NCBI GenBank assembly: GCA_030390025.1 | Contig: CM059432.1 | Location: forward strand, 85,624,001 to 85,688,000 | DNA: 64,000 nucleotides | Origin: Squalus acanthias | Lineage: Eukaryota | Direction: 5' to 3' | In this document: in pieces, positions 25,696 to 38,757 of the stretch | How the letters are laid out: every line of letters begins with the position of its first letter | Position numbering within the stretch: position 1 is the stretch's first letter | Notes under the pieces: generated by a model | Databases searched by the model: none | What the model saw: only the letters and a program-made list of their open reading frames with translations | Told to the model about the DNA's origin: nothing | Program-made: the position numbers and the translations under genes

Positions 25696-26837
25696 GGGCT
25701 GAGTCTTAACTCTCCAAAACAGATGGGTTGGAATCGGGTCAGAAAAAAATCTGAAACAGGAAACAAGCCCGCCTCGAACACGCCCACCTCCGGTTTTAAT
25801 AGAGGCGGGGCGGGGGGTGGGTGACCAATCCGCTTGCGGGAGGCCGGTTGGTCATTTAACTATTGTAATGAGGCTGCCTGTCTTCACTTTAACAGTATTT
25901 CTATATTTAACTCATGTCAGTCGGGTTTCCCAGGCTTCAGGAAACACGGCAGGTGAAAGGAGGTGAGAAGGGCTCAATTCATAAGGTAAGTGCCTTTACA
26001 GGACTGTTTGTGGGCCAGAAGAGCAGGAGTGTTTTCTCCCGGCACAACAAGCTACCCAGTAAACCCCCACCACGATCTGTGTGCTCCCCCCACCATCGGA
26101 CACCCCCCCCCCCCCCACAACCAAGGGACTCCCCGACCATCATCGGACCCCCCTCGCCCGACCACCATCAGACTTCCCAACCACCATTGGACACCCCGAC
26201 CACCAGCAGACCCACCCCCCCCCCCCCACAACCAACGGACTCCCCGACCATCATCGGACCCCCCTCGCCCGACCACCATCAGACTTCCCAACCACCATTG
26301 GACACCCCGACCACCAGCGGACCCACCCCCGACCGCCATCATCCCCCCACTACCATCTGGTCCCCCACCATCTGGTACCCCACCCACCATATCTGCCCCC
26401 ACCATCAGTTCCCTCCGACCACCATCTGCTCCCCCCGACCACCATCGGACCGCCACTCCGTGACCACCATTATACCCCCCCACCCCGACCACAATCTGTT
26501 CCCCCCGCCACCATCGGACCCCCCCTGAGCACCATTGTAACCTCCCCATAATCGTAACCCCTCCCCGGGATTAAGACCCACCCCCCACAATCGGGATCAC
26601 CGCCCACTAGACCTATCTGCTCTCCTTGGCTGCAGCCTTGTGTTGCAGGCTTCCCCACCCAACAGACCTCTAGGCTGCCTGTGGGTGGGAAACCAACAGA
26701 AAAAAATTAATGGAACCCTGCAGTTAAAAAGTGCAGGACTTTCGGAAGGCCCATTCTTACGGGGTATCCGACCTCAAAACAGCACCCCCGCCCTGCTCCC
26801 CCTGCACGTAACGTGCCTCCGGACTAAAATCCAGGCC
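25696..26837. mobile_element. Harbinger-type MITE with a C-rich minisatellite, apparently nested in an older MITE (~25541-27175)
   Basis: Ends GGGCTGAGTCTTA / TAAAATCCAGGCC and TSD AAG on both sides (25693-25695, 26838-26840). Confidence 0.65.
26065..26600. repeat. C-rich minisatellite (CCCGACCACCATCGGAC-like units) with a 111-bp tandem duplication
   Basis: ACAACCAA at 26117 and 26228 starts two near-identical blocks. Confidence 0.85.
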
Positions 26838-27991
26838 AAGGTTTCTATGTCGGGCCCGAAGGAGTGCTCCTGCTCCTTCTGGCCCACAAAGAAACAAATA
26901 AAATTTAATATACTTATTTTTCCAGAACTCTTCTGGCCCCGCTCCTGTCTGCCACCAGGTTGCCATCATCAGGGCCTGATCTTCATATTTAAAGCAGGAT
27001 CCCCTGCCCCTCCTCCCGCCCTTAGTGCTGATGTCCCACTCACCTGCTGAAAAGAGCAGGTTAAAATACCTGCTGTAAGGAGGGAAGGCAGCGGGACCAC
27101 AGCGGCTAAATCGCCACGGCCATTTTCACTGATCACCTGCCCGGTCTACACAGTTAGGCAGGGTTAAAGTTGCCCTATAAGAGTTTCAGTGCCATCAATT
27201 AAACTATTCCTCTTATTTTTTTATGGTAGAATAAGGGTTTTGCACTTGACCACCTTAAAAGTACATTTTAAAAAGTCGATAGGATTTCAGCTGACAAACC
27301 ACCTGAAGACAGCAATGAATTGTTATTTTACCTGGCTTTTAAAAATAGGGCCCACGAAACTTTGCCATTCACATGAGCACTGAGCACTTAAATAGTGGCT
27401 GCAGTACACCAGGTATAAATTAATGTCAAATATTAAAATGGCTTTGCTTACCAGTACACCATATAAATAATTGACTTTTAACACTAGCACAATAGTGACT
27501 CAGGCCCTAAATCTATGGGGACAGATCAGATTTAGTTTGGTAATGTGTCAGAAATAAGACGTAGGGTTCTGAAGGAGAAGAGTCTTCTGATGAGTAATAA
27601 TGATAATTATATTGTTTTGCTGTAGCAATGCTGTTGCACATCTTAACTGTGATATCACATCTCTGGTACATAACTTGATTCTTAGCTGTTTGTGTGTTGG
27701 AAGTAATGATGTTCGTCTACAAGACACTATACCTGTTCTTTAATAGGCGATTTTAGCATTTCAGTTTGTTTTTTGTTTAATAACAGTTGCTGATATGGAG
27801 AGAAAAAGCTTATATTTTAAAGTATTATTACATTGTGGTCTAACTCTTGGCATTCTTTGTCATTCATTTTTACTGAACATAATGGGGGGAAAAAGGCTGA
27901 AGACATTTAGTCCATGTGAAAGGATTTTTGGTAGGTGCCCAGAAGGGTTAAAAAAGGCAGTCAAGTGCAAACAATGTTGTTAGGAGTGTGT

Positions 27992-30894
27992 GGCTTCACA
28001 ATTCGATTGCGTAGCGCCCGTTGTTTGGGCGCTACAGGTGCTGAATTGGGTCCAAAATGGTGTCCGAGAAGTGTGCGCACACTTCTGGCGTGGGCCACGC
28101 TGGGCGCCATCTTGGTGAGGGCAGTAAGGCGGCCGTTAGGAGCGTGCGCTGGAAGTATGGTAAGTAGTCAGATTGTGACGCCAGCACTGCCATTTACGTC
28201 GTCATCGCTGAAACTAATGCCCTGTGTTAACCTCACACAGCTGAACATTTGTTCAGCAGCCGGAAGGACCCACCACCAGCGCTATTTAAAGGGATCATCA
28301 ACGACTTTCAGGTAACTTGTTTTTTGATTTCTGCTGGCTCTGTGTAAGTTGTGGAACTGTTTGCAGCTTTCTAGAGTTCTTTAAAGTTGGTGAGGTGACA
28401 GGGAGTGCTGCTGCAAGTGGAGAAGGCCTTGCTTCTGACTTCAAGGGTTCTGGTCAGACCACATGCTCCCAGTCATGGATGCTCTAGTTGTCATTCTCCA
28501 TGGCCTGCAGCATGACAGGGAAATGGAGTAGAGGCAGTGAAGAAGAGGACAAGCTGTTCGCAAAGGGAGGAGGAGGAGGGGGAACAGGGCTCTCAGCAGG
28601 AGGACTTACCCGCCTAGGGGCTTCCGAGAGCAATTCTCTTACCTCAGCCTGAGCCAGGAGCAGAGTGTGAGGCAACTCCGCTTTATGAAGGAAGTGTTCA
28701 CAGAACCCTGCCAGCTCTTGTAACCAGACCTGCAGCCTCATTCCAGGACAAGGACAGCACTGCCAGTGGCTGTGAAGGTGACCGTGGCCCTGAATTTCTT
28801 CGTGCCGGGATCCTTCCCAGCTGGAGCAGACAGCATCTGTAACATCTCCCAGTTCACCGTCCACTGCTGCATAAGAGAGGTGACAAGCGCTCTGACCAGA
28901 GAGAAGCAGGCGGAGTGTTCACGTGGCTTTGCTAGGATAGCGGACTTCCCCATGGTGCATGTCTCCATCGGTTGCACGCACGTGGCTTTGTGGGCACCGT
29001 GTCTAAATGCTGAGATGTACCAAATGTGCAGTTGGTGTGCGACCATGCTCAGCACATCATGATGGTGAATGACCAGTATCCTGGCAGCAGTCATGATGCT
29101 TTTACTCTGTGCCAGTCCGTTGTTCCCTCAGTCTTTGAGCCACCAAGACAAACCAGAGGATGGCTACTGGGTGACAAGGGGTATCCCTCAACTACCGGGC
29201 TCTCAGCTGGAGGCTCATGACTGCACTCCGCAGGCCAATCATACGCAGCCAGCATTCGTACAACGAGAGCCATGCTGCCACAGGAAACATAATTGAACAG
29301 ACCATTTGGCTGCTGATTCGTGGTGGTTTTCTGTATCCTCCACAACCTCGCCATCATGAAGGCACAGCCTTTGCCATCACGGATACGGCCACCAGCTCAG
29401 GAGCAGGAGAAGGAAGAGGAGAAAGAGGAAGAGGAGGAAGTGGAAGAGGAGGAAGCGGAAGGGGAGGAGGAGGAAGCGGAAGGAAGGAGGCAACCTAAAC
29501 AGCCCCTTTCTGGCCGGGAAATCCGGGATCGAATCATCTGTCTGCGGAACCAGTGAACACACCCCAATTCCCCTTTCAACATTAGTCCCACACCTTACCT
29601 TCCCTCTGTTAATGACCATCACAGCGTCCTCTTAGCCACAATTGCTGAAATAAAAGACACCACAAAGCAAGCATTCCAATCCAACTTTATACATCTATCC
29701 ATCCAATATTACATCAAAAAATCAACTAATCACCCTTGTGCATTCCCTTAGTGACTGTCTTGCGTATCCTGGTGCTCCTACACAGTGCTACCCCAGTGGC
29801 TGCAGCATGGCTTGTGGAAGGCTGCTGACTTTCAGTGTGGGAGACTGCAGATGGCCTTGCAGGACGACCTCGAGCAGCTCTGGACCTATTAGGCCCGGCT
29901 TCGGACTGCACCACCTCAGCATGGGCAGCAGCAGTCTGGGCTGGCTGGCTGACAGGCAGTAGCAAGGGCACTGGAGGAGTGGCAGTGGTGGGAGTACAAA
30001 TGCTGTCATCCTGCAAGAGGACAGCAGAGTAGGCTTCCACAGATCCATTGCCACTCCCCCAGGCAGTGCCTCAGCAATCCTAGTAATCTGCTGGAGTACA
30101 GACTGCTGGACTCCTGTGACACCTAAGCACTGGATTCGGACACGGCAAGGCACATCCAACCCAGTCAACCCTGCAAAGTCCTCCTCACTAACATCTGGCG
30201 ACTTGTGCCAAAATTGGGAGAACTGTCCCACAGACAGTCAAGCAACAGCCTGACATAGTCATACTCACAGAATCATGCCTTTCAGTCAATGTCCCAGACT
30301 CCTCCATCACTATCGCTGGGTATGTCCTGTCCCACCAGCAGGACAGACCCACTAGAGGTGCTAGGCACTTCTTCCTGCACTGAGTCCAGGTACTCGGCGC
30401 TAAACTGCTGGCATTTACCACAGTGGCTATCTGCTCCCACTGTAGTCTGGTCTGTTGCCAGAGGGCCTCCTGGCCCCCTGTGGAAAGAGGACTTCTCTCC
30501 TAGAGTTGACGTCCTGGACCAAGGCCTCCAGTGCTACATTGGAGATCTAAGGTGCATGCTCTCTCCCCTGTTGTGCCATCATTAGAAATTTCTTCTCCAA
30601 TGTCCTCCCAGCCACTTCAATCACCTGTTCCAGGCAGAGGCACCTCCCCTTTAAGAGGTGCAGACTGCCTTTAAGTATTGCAGGCTAGCTTTAATTGGAG
30701 CTAGCCTCGCACGAACTTGGGCCCCCTGCTGAGCCACACAGCAGCTCGTTCAGCGCTGGGCTGAATGCTACAATCATGTAAATTGTCAGGCAGCACGAAG
30801 TTTGCACGCTTCCTGCAGTCCTCCGAACGGGCACAGGTTTATAGCGCATCGCGATCCTCGCACCCGCTTTTGGGCCTTATCTAATTTCTAGGCC
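27992..30894. mobile_element. Decayed Harbinger transposon with both ends: transposase (+, ~28475-29556) and accessory/Myb remnants (-)
   Basis: Ends GGCTTCACAATT / AATTTCTAGGCC and TSD TGT. Motifs VKVTVALNFF and PGSSHDAF..GDKGYP. Homologous to 7936-10615. Confidence 0.85.
30125..30360 (+). mobile_element. LINE endonuclease N-terminal fragment embedded in the Harbinger
   Basis: Translates, with a frameshift, to NIW.LVPKLGELSHR..KQQPDIVILTES...ITIAGYVLSHQQDRPTRG, typical of an APE-domain start. Confidence 0.6.
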
Positions 30895-33800
30895 TGTATG
30901 TTAATGTTTAGTCAACCTTATCTCTTTCACTGGCACAAACCTATGTTAAAGTTCCAATGAAATTTGTTCTAGCTGCTATTAATCTATATATTCCTGTTTG
31001 TACTGTAATATTTACTTTCGTTCAGTGATTATAATGTCACAACTCAGTGGCATTCTGTGAATGAAATGTATTTAAAACCAAATTGAATCCAACAGACAAT
31101 AAAGAAAAGGCTCTCAACCATCTACAGACTAAAGAAGCGCACCTGGAGAAAACAAAACCAGCACAAATCTCTGTCTGTTTGAGAGTTTTTATTTTATCAT
31201 AATTGATCAGTAACGAGAAGCTCTAATGTCAATATTATTTTCAATGCCCCTTTATTTTATATAAATTAGTTCTTTCTGATTAACTTGCAGTCTCATCTTT
31301 CTGAATAAAGATGTTAAAAGTACAGTGCATCTAAATATTTCAATCCAGTCTCACAAAGATGTAGGGAACCCAGTATTATAAGAAAGCGAAGGACCCCTTT
31401 AATAATCATGCACAAGAGATGACAATTATATCAACAAAGTGGAAAACATGGCACATTTTAACCCATTGAGAAAAGAGTTTTCTGCACAGATTTCAGATTA
31501 CATTTTATGCCAAAATCTACAAATAAAGTTATTATCTGTGAAGATCCAAGATTATAAAGTGGAATTAGGTACACGTACTGAACCACAAAAGAGATTTTGA
31601 TCATACAAGCTTTGAATTAAAATAAACAATGTAGAACATTTTTGTTTGGTGGGAAAGGTTACCATATTGCCCAAAGGGTTAAAGCACTTGAGACGGAATC
31701 TTATTGGTTCCTTTTTAAATCAATTATTCTTACCAAATATAACACAAAAAGTTTGGTTCACCAAGAGTATTTGAATTCATGATGATTTTTTAATTGTTAA
31801 AATCAGGCTTGTTACAGCCCAGGAAGATGAATGCTTTCTCTTCAGACAAGATTTTGTGAATTCATTTTGCTTTTGTCAGCACTCCATTATTAAATCATAA
31901 ATCAGACTCCTCTCTCATCCAATTTGTACTGATGTCTTCAATACTCCTGCATTTTACCTTGTTAAAATTCTATTGTGTACTTTTGTATTACTAGATTTTA
32001 CTGAACTGCAAAGTGTTTCTGTACAAATCAGCATATTTATGTGCATGTAGCTGTCTATAAAACTTGTGTGACATCAGAATACTTGTTTAATTTAAGTCAA
32101 AATATATGTAAAGATTAACAGTATTGTTCTCCATTACAGTCTATTAGCATAAACAGGATATCAAATAAATGTGTATACAAATTATCTGCATACTGTCTAT
32201 CTTGTGTACACTGTACAATCTGAAAAACATATTCGCATCCAATTATAGCTGTGCCACAGTCACTGACTTGCTCCAGGAGTTAAAGGTCATCTAGTTATAT
32301 CTATGCAAGAAACAAAGGGCTCCTCAAGCACTTCATACCATGACATGGCAAACAATCAAATGTTCAACAACCATCACATTGGTCTCTATATTTATATAAC
32401 TACATTTATTTGGGTTTCCGCTGAAGCTATGGCAGTAGAGCAGCTGATGCCTGACGCCCTGGAGAAACTCATCCCCCAACATTTTGGTGAAAAAGTGTTG
32501 TAATTCTGGCGTAGGGAACTGGAATTTGTGGTGTAAGTCAGAAACACCAGTTCTGCATCTGTTCTAAAATACACACTAAATTCCAGTAGAATTCGCATCT
32601 GGCAGAAAATGTGCCAACCCCCAAAGTGGTGAATGTGCGCTATTGACAGGATAATGAGGGCAAAACCTGTTGCCCCTGAAATTCTGACTTTTAATGCAGA
32701 ATTGCATCTGACTTAAGTTGCCTGTAGAAAAGAGGAGTAGGTTACCTGCATGACTTGTCAAATGTGGCAGCTAAATTCGCTCTTGGGAAATAGCGCAAAA
32801 TACACAATATATACTTTTATCTGGAATCCTTGTGGACCAGGAGGAGCAGGAGTCCTTGGATCATCCCATCCCCAGCCTTGCCTCTCTCTTCTTCCCTCAA
32901 CCAGCAACAGCTCTGCAAACCACCGCTGCCTCCCCAATCCACCACCCCCCACCCCCTCCCCGCACCCCCCAGCACTTACCTTATGCCGGGTACCATTCCA
33001 TTGGGTCCCCAGCGTCTCCTGCTCCATCCCACCAGCCCTGACGTCATTCCCGCCAGCTTCAGGAAGGAGACAGATTTAATAAATTTAATGAGATCGGCCG
33101 TTAAAATCAGCCGGGCCTCACTTCCTTCATGAATAGCAGGTGCGCCCCCCACTTCAGACCCCCGCACGCTCCATCCCCGCCCGAGTTAAAATCCACCCCT
33201 ACAAGTTTTAGCATAACATCCTCCAACTCGTACTCCACCAATTATAGAATCAGTCTCATATGACACCAAAGGAAAGGTAAGTGAACTGCCATTTATACAA
33301 ATGTTCAGTTTGCTGCTCTTAAGTATAAGTATAGTTTAAGTATAGTTATTTCTTTAAAGCAATACAAGCCTGATTTTATTTCAATCCTTTGTATTTTTAC
33401 AAATTACAAAAAATGTAAATAAATGCTATTTCTGGTCCTAAATTCCAAGAAGATACCATATTGCTTTTAATTCAGTTTTGAGAAAAACTGATAGTGAGAT
33501 TGTTCCTTCTCTTCGATGACCAGCAGTACAGCGTAATCTTTCCCAGTACAGTATATCTAATTACAGCTCTTCTTATATTTTTTATATCGATTCAACTGCT
33601 TCAGGAAAGATTTGGAAGATTTTGACAAAGCTTAATTCCTTTCCCAGATTCGTAGCCCCTATCGATTCGACTTCCCATGTTGCTTCCTGTATTTCACCCC
33701 TTGCTTTCACAGCTACAAAGCCTGTGCGGCAAAGAGTCACATGCTGGGAGCACATATCAGGAATTTGGGTGCGTGCTTCTCGATAAGTTTCCAAATGTCC

Positions 33801-34867
33801 CTGTATTGATGGGTCTGTTTCTGTGTGGTTTGCCTTGGAAGGGATTATAATTATTTCTGGGAGTGCTACACCAGGTGTTCATGATCCTTCATATTGTCTA
33901 TTGCCAGGCAGGCTGGAGCTTGATGTTGCTAATACTTCATAAAATTGGCTGATTCGGCTGTCAGTCACCACTCACACGCAAACTCCAGCCTGTTCTAATA
34001 TTTAACTTTTAGTTGTAAGTCCAATATAAGTTAGCGGCTTGTTTTCTGTATGATTATTGTACAGCAGAACATTGTTATTCCTTTTATCCAAGATTGAGCA
34101 ATCGCATAGATAGCTGAGCATCTGCCAATGAAAGGTTTCTTGTTTATCAGTCGGTTAAAAATTAACTAGAAAAGATCGACAGTAACACTATTTATTTTTT
34201 ACACTCAGCTAATTAAAATAAAAAAAATTATTTCTACTATTTATGTCTTAACTAAAATCATTGTTTCTTTAAAATAAAATGTGACATTTTTATTTCCAAA
34301 GTTAACCGTATTTGACCATGATAATACTGAGGGAGCAGTTCCAAAACCAAAAGTGTCAGGATTAGCATGCTGACTGATTTCCCATATGCAACAACATTGA
34401 GATCTGAATCCCTCATTAATTATAAGTAATTCTTTGTGCACAATGCAGCTCAAATTATTAGTTGACTTACTTGCATACACAAGCCTTTCTTTGCCATCAG
34501 ATTTCTTACATCAAATACCAATGCCTGGGTGCTAAAGGGATTTACTGAAATGGAGCAATTGACATTTTCACGGCCATCTGCTGGGGAGCCCCAAAGCACA
34601 AAGGAAAAAAGTGCAGCTGCAGTTTCTCACTCCAACACTATGATTAAATCAATTGGACACCCAATTAAAGGAGTCTGTCGTTGCAGGATATGAGACGTTG
34701 GAAAATCATCTTCATCCACATCAGAGACACCATACAGACTGTCTTCGTGCAATTTGCTGGTCTTTCTGTTGAGGGGTTCAGCACCAGGCAGGAGAAGGTG
34801 CAGGTAAGGTTTTCAGGGTTTCCATACATCTGCAAACTCCACCCAGCCCTTTCAAAGGACTGATGAA

Positions 34868-35187
34868 GTGACAAGTCAGATACTGTTGCATGACCATTTC
34901 AACATTTCAGAGGACAGTTAAGGGTCAACCACATTGCTGTGGATCTGGGGTCACATATAGGCCAGACCAGGTAAGGGACAGCAGATTTCCTTCAGATGGG
35001 TTATTACGACAAACTGACAATCTGGCAGTTTCATAGTCACAATTACTGATACTAGCTTTTTATTCCAGCTTTATGCAATTAACTGAATTTAAATTCCACA
35101 GCAGCCATGGTGGGATTTAAACTCATGTCTACAGATCATTAGTCAGGCCTTGGATTACTAATCCAGTAACATAACCACTATGCTACC
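34868..35187 (-). mobile_element. tRNA-derived SINE
   Basis: Minus-strand A-box GGTAGCATAGTGGTTA and B-box-like GAGTTTAAATCCC. Confidence 0.65.
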
Positions 35188-36341
35188 ATTCCCTTGTCTT
35201 GCCACTGTCCCCTGGGGCATCCTTATGTTCTTGCACAGTGATAGAATCCTTCACTAACACTGTCAGTAACTCAGGGGTTCCTGGCACCTATGAGATCTGT
35301 CTCCCTCTATTGCTCGTGCAGATGGTCACATAATTCTCCCTTTCTACAATATCCCTTTATCCTGAACTGTAGCACTGCCTCTTGGGTGACCACATTCTGG
35401 AAGCTATCTCTCTGATGCTGCAAAATGTGGCCTTTTGCACTTCAAGCACAGAGATCCTCTGCTTCAGAGACTCATCCTACACTCAGTGCAAATGTCCTGC
35501 CCCTGCATATACTGAAGATCCGTGATGGTCATCAAAGCACACGCCATACACATTGCCACGGTTCCTTGCGCTGCCATCCTCTGTGTCCAACTATCTAACT
35601 TAAAAATGCAGATATTGTGTCTCAACTCCCACCAGCACCAAACCCTTAACAAGAATCAAATACTGTTTACTCACTTCATACAAGCATTAATTATAGAAAA
35701 AAACTCCTGTCCAACTGCACCTCAATGCCTCTAAGACTGAACTCCTGCTGAAGATGAACTCCACACTGCTGACCTTTCACACTCCACTCCACTGACCTCT
35801 TGCAGCTCAAGATTGATCTCTCACTAATCAGCTTAAATTTATACTCTCTTCATTTAAACAATAGATCCCCTTTCCTCCTTTACCCTTCCTCTCACTCTCT
35901 TCACCTTCCCTTCTCACCCGTCCCCTCTCCTCCTGGCCTTCCTTCCTCTGCCCCCTCCCCCTTGTCCCCTCCTCATATTGGTCTAATTATCCCCCAGCCC
36001 TTTAACCCTGCTTTGCCTGAATACTGAATTTGGTCTTGACTCTCTGAGTGTAATGCTACAGGAAGTATAGTAAAATAAATAAATGAAAATATCAATACTT
36101 GTGTCCCAATCACTCCTAAGGTGAAACTCCACACTTCTCTGGCCTTTCATAAAAGCATCATGGGAACTTCCCGATACTACCTGGACATGTATGGCATGCA
36201 ATCGCTTCCTGTTATTGTATGTACCGAGGTTAATGTATGGGTTTCTGATGGCCATATCAGCGCTATCTATAACACCCACGACTCTTGGGAGGCCTGTCTG
36301 ACAGCCAATAAGTGTGGTGTGCCCATTTCACAGGAGGTCGC

Positions 36342-36477
36342 TGTAATGTATTATCACATGGTTTGTCACATGGTTTAGTATGAGCATGCTCAGTTTGCTC
36401 TGGCCTAGTACATAAGCACCTTGACTAGCAACTCATTGTGTCTCTGTCCTTCATTTGTTCTACCTACATATATTACA
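36342..36477 (+). repeat. 5' LTR
   Basis: TGTAAT...ATTACA termini; 6 substitutions relative to 43414-43549. Confidence 0.93.
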
Positions 36478-36968
36478 TTTTTGGTGACTATGATGGGAGC
36501 CCAAAGCTATTTTTAAGGATCATGGAAGGACACAGTGTTCAACCTACGAGTGGAAAAGTTTAAGGTGAATTTATGACACCTAAACTGAATTTTTGTGATG
36601 TTTTACTGTTAACGCTGATGCAGAATTGTCTGTGCTTCGCCTTTGTGTGTATGTAAACACAGCAACAGTGGCGTTGATTCTCACAGGTACACAGGTAACG
36701 TGCTGAGTCACTGTTCAACAGGATCAGAACAATCATGGCCCCGCCTACGGGATTCATTGGAAGCCTCGGCATGTATGACTGAGCTCGCGAACCATTCAGT
36801 TCTTACATTGAGCGGATGGAGATGTTTTTTAAGACCAATAACATTATTGAGACCGAAGGTGCTAATGAGAATGTTCAAGCTCAAAAATAAAGTAATTCGT
36901 GAATGTAAAAAAGCAATTTTTTCGAACGGAGATCGGGCCAGATGACTACGGAACATTGACAAACCTAT

Positions 36969-38108
36969 ATAATAGGCTTGCCAGCAAAGTTGAAGCCCAT
37001 GGAATAAAGAGGACAGTGGCAGCATGGATACGAAATTGGCTAAGTGACAGGAAACAGAGAGTAGTGGCGAACGGTTGTTTTTCGGACTGGAAGAAGGGAT
37101 ACAGTGGTGTTCCTCAGGGATCGGTACTAGGACCACTGCTTTTCTTGATACATATTGGCTTGGATGTGGCAGTACAGGGCATAATTTCAAAATTTGCAGA
37201 TGGCACAAAATTTGGAAGTATATTGAAAAGTGAGGAGAAGAGTGATAGACTTCAAGAGGATGTAGACAGGCTGGTGGATAGGCGGACACGTAGCAGATGA
37301 AATTTAATGCAGAAAAGTGTGAAGTGATATATTTTGGTAGAAAGAATGAGGAGAGGAAATATAAACTAAAGGGTACAATCCTAAAGGGGGTGCATGAACA
37401 GAGAGACCTGGGGGTATATCTGCACAAATCGTTTGAAGGTGGCAGGACAGGTTGAGAAAGCAGTTAAAAAAGCTTATGGGATCCTGGGCTTCATGAATAG
37501 AGGTATAGAGTACAAAAGCGTGGAAATTATGATGAACCTGTATAAAACACTGGTTCGGCCTCAACTGGAGTATTGTGTCCAATTCTGGGCACCGCACTTT
37601 AGGAAGGATGTGATGGCCTTAGAGAGGGTGTAGAAAAGATTTACGAGAATAATTCCAGGGATGAGGGATTTCAGTTACGTGGATAGACTGGAGAAGCTGG
37701 GTTTGTTCTCCTTAGAGCAGAGAAGATTGAGAAGAGATTTTAGAGATGTTCAAAATCATGAGGGGTCTGGACAGAGTAGATAGAGAGAAACTGTTCCCAT
37801 TGGCAGAAGGGTCGAGAACCAGAGGACACAGATTTAAGGTGATTGGCAAAAGAACCAAAGGCGACATAAGAAAAAACTTTTTTACTCAGCGAGTGGTTAG
37901 GATCTGGAATGCACTGCCTGAAAGGGTGGTGGAGGCAGATTCAATCACGGCTTTCAAAAGGGAGTTGGATAAGTACCTGAAAGAAGACATGTGCAGGGCT
38001 ACTGGGAAAGGGCGGGGGTGTGGGACAAACTGAGGTGCTCTTGCAGAGAGGCGGCACTGGCTCAATGGGCCGAATGGCCTTCTTCTGTGCTGTAGTCATT
38101 CTATGATT
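36969..38108 (+). mobile_element. 5'-truncated CR1 inserted in Gypsy gag
   Basis: RT C-terminal motifs and ATTCTATGATTCT tail. gag reads ..YGTLTNL | LAPGKAK.. across it. Confidence 0.9.
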
Positions 38109-38757
38109 CTCGCGCCAGGGAAAGCGAAGGATGCGTCGTTTGAAGACATTGTCGAGAAACTCGAGAACCATTTCGACCCAAATCCATTAGAAATAGCAGA
38201 GAACTATAAGTTTGGTACCAGAAACCAAAAACAAAGTGAAACCATCAGTGAGTACATTGTAGCTCTTAAAAACCTGTCTTTGCATTGTAACTTCGGCACA
38301 TTTTTGGATCGTGCGTTGCGAGATAAGTTTGTGTGTGGACTGGTGGATGAGTGCACACAGTCCAAGTTACTGAACACTCCGAATCTAACGTTTGACATAG
38401 CATGCTGAATTGCCCTATCTATGGAGATGGCATCTAAGAATGCTAGGGAGCTCTGTCCAACTCAAATGACTAGTGCAGCTGGGGTCTACAGTAACAAAGC
38501 CACCACCAAACCTAAAAGCATGTCGGTGACAGCAGTTCAGTGAATTGTTTTCGCTGCAATGGAAATCAATCACCACCGTCCTTGCCAATACAGAAATGTG
38601 AAGTGTTTTCACTGCCACAAGCAAGACCATATTTCAACAGTTTGCAGAGCTAGATCAAAAGTAGGAAGTAAGAATCATTCTAGTGGCAATGCAAAGCAGT
38701 GACAACAAAAGGGAGGAATTCACAATACTGAAGTGAACACACCTGATGTTGAAGACT

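Noticed and set aside
25914..26658. Pro-rich and Gly-rich ORFs as genes, or the array as CRISPR
   Set aside because: These are translations of a minisatellite; there are no unique spacers or cas genes, and the context is eukaryotic.
32576..33200. Further MITE-like blocks (also ~13587-13960, 18952-19437 and 44634-44930)
   Set aside because: They probably derive from repeats, but I could not pair TIRs or find TSDs, so boundaries are unsupported.
34660..35640. Possible exon (CAG|GTAAGG at ~34803) or Myb-like remnant on the minus strand
   Set aside because: No convincing reading frame or motif run; too degenerate to support.
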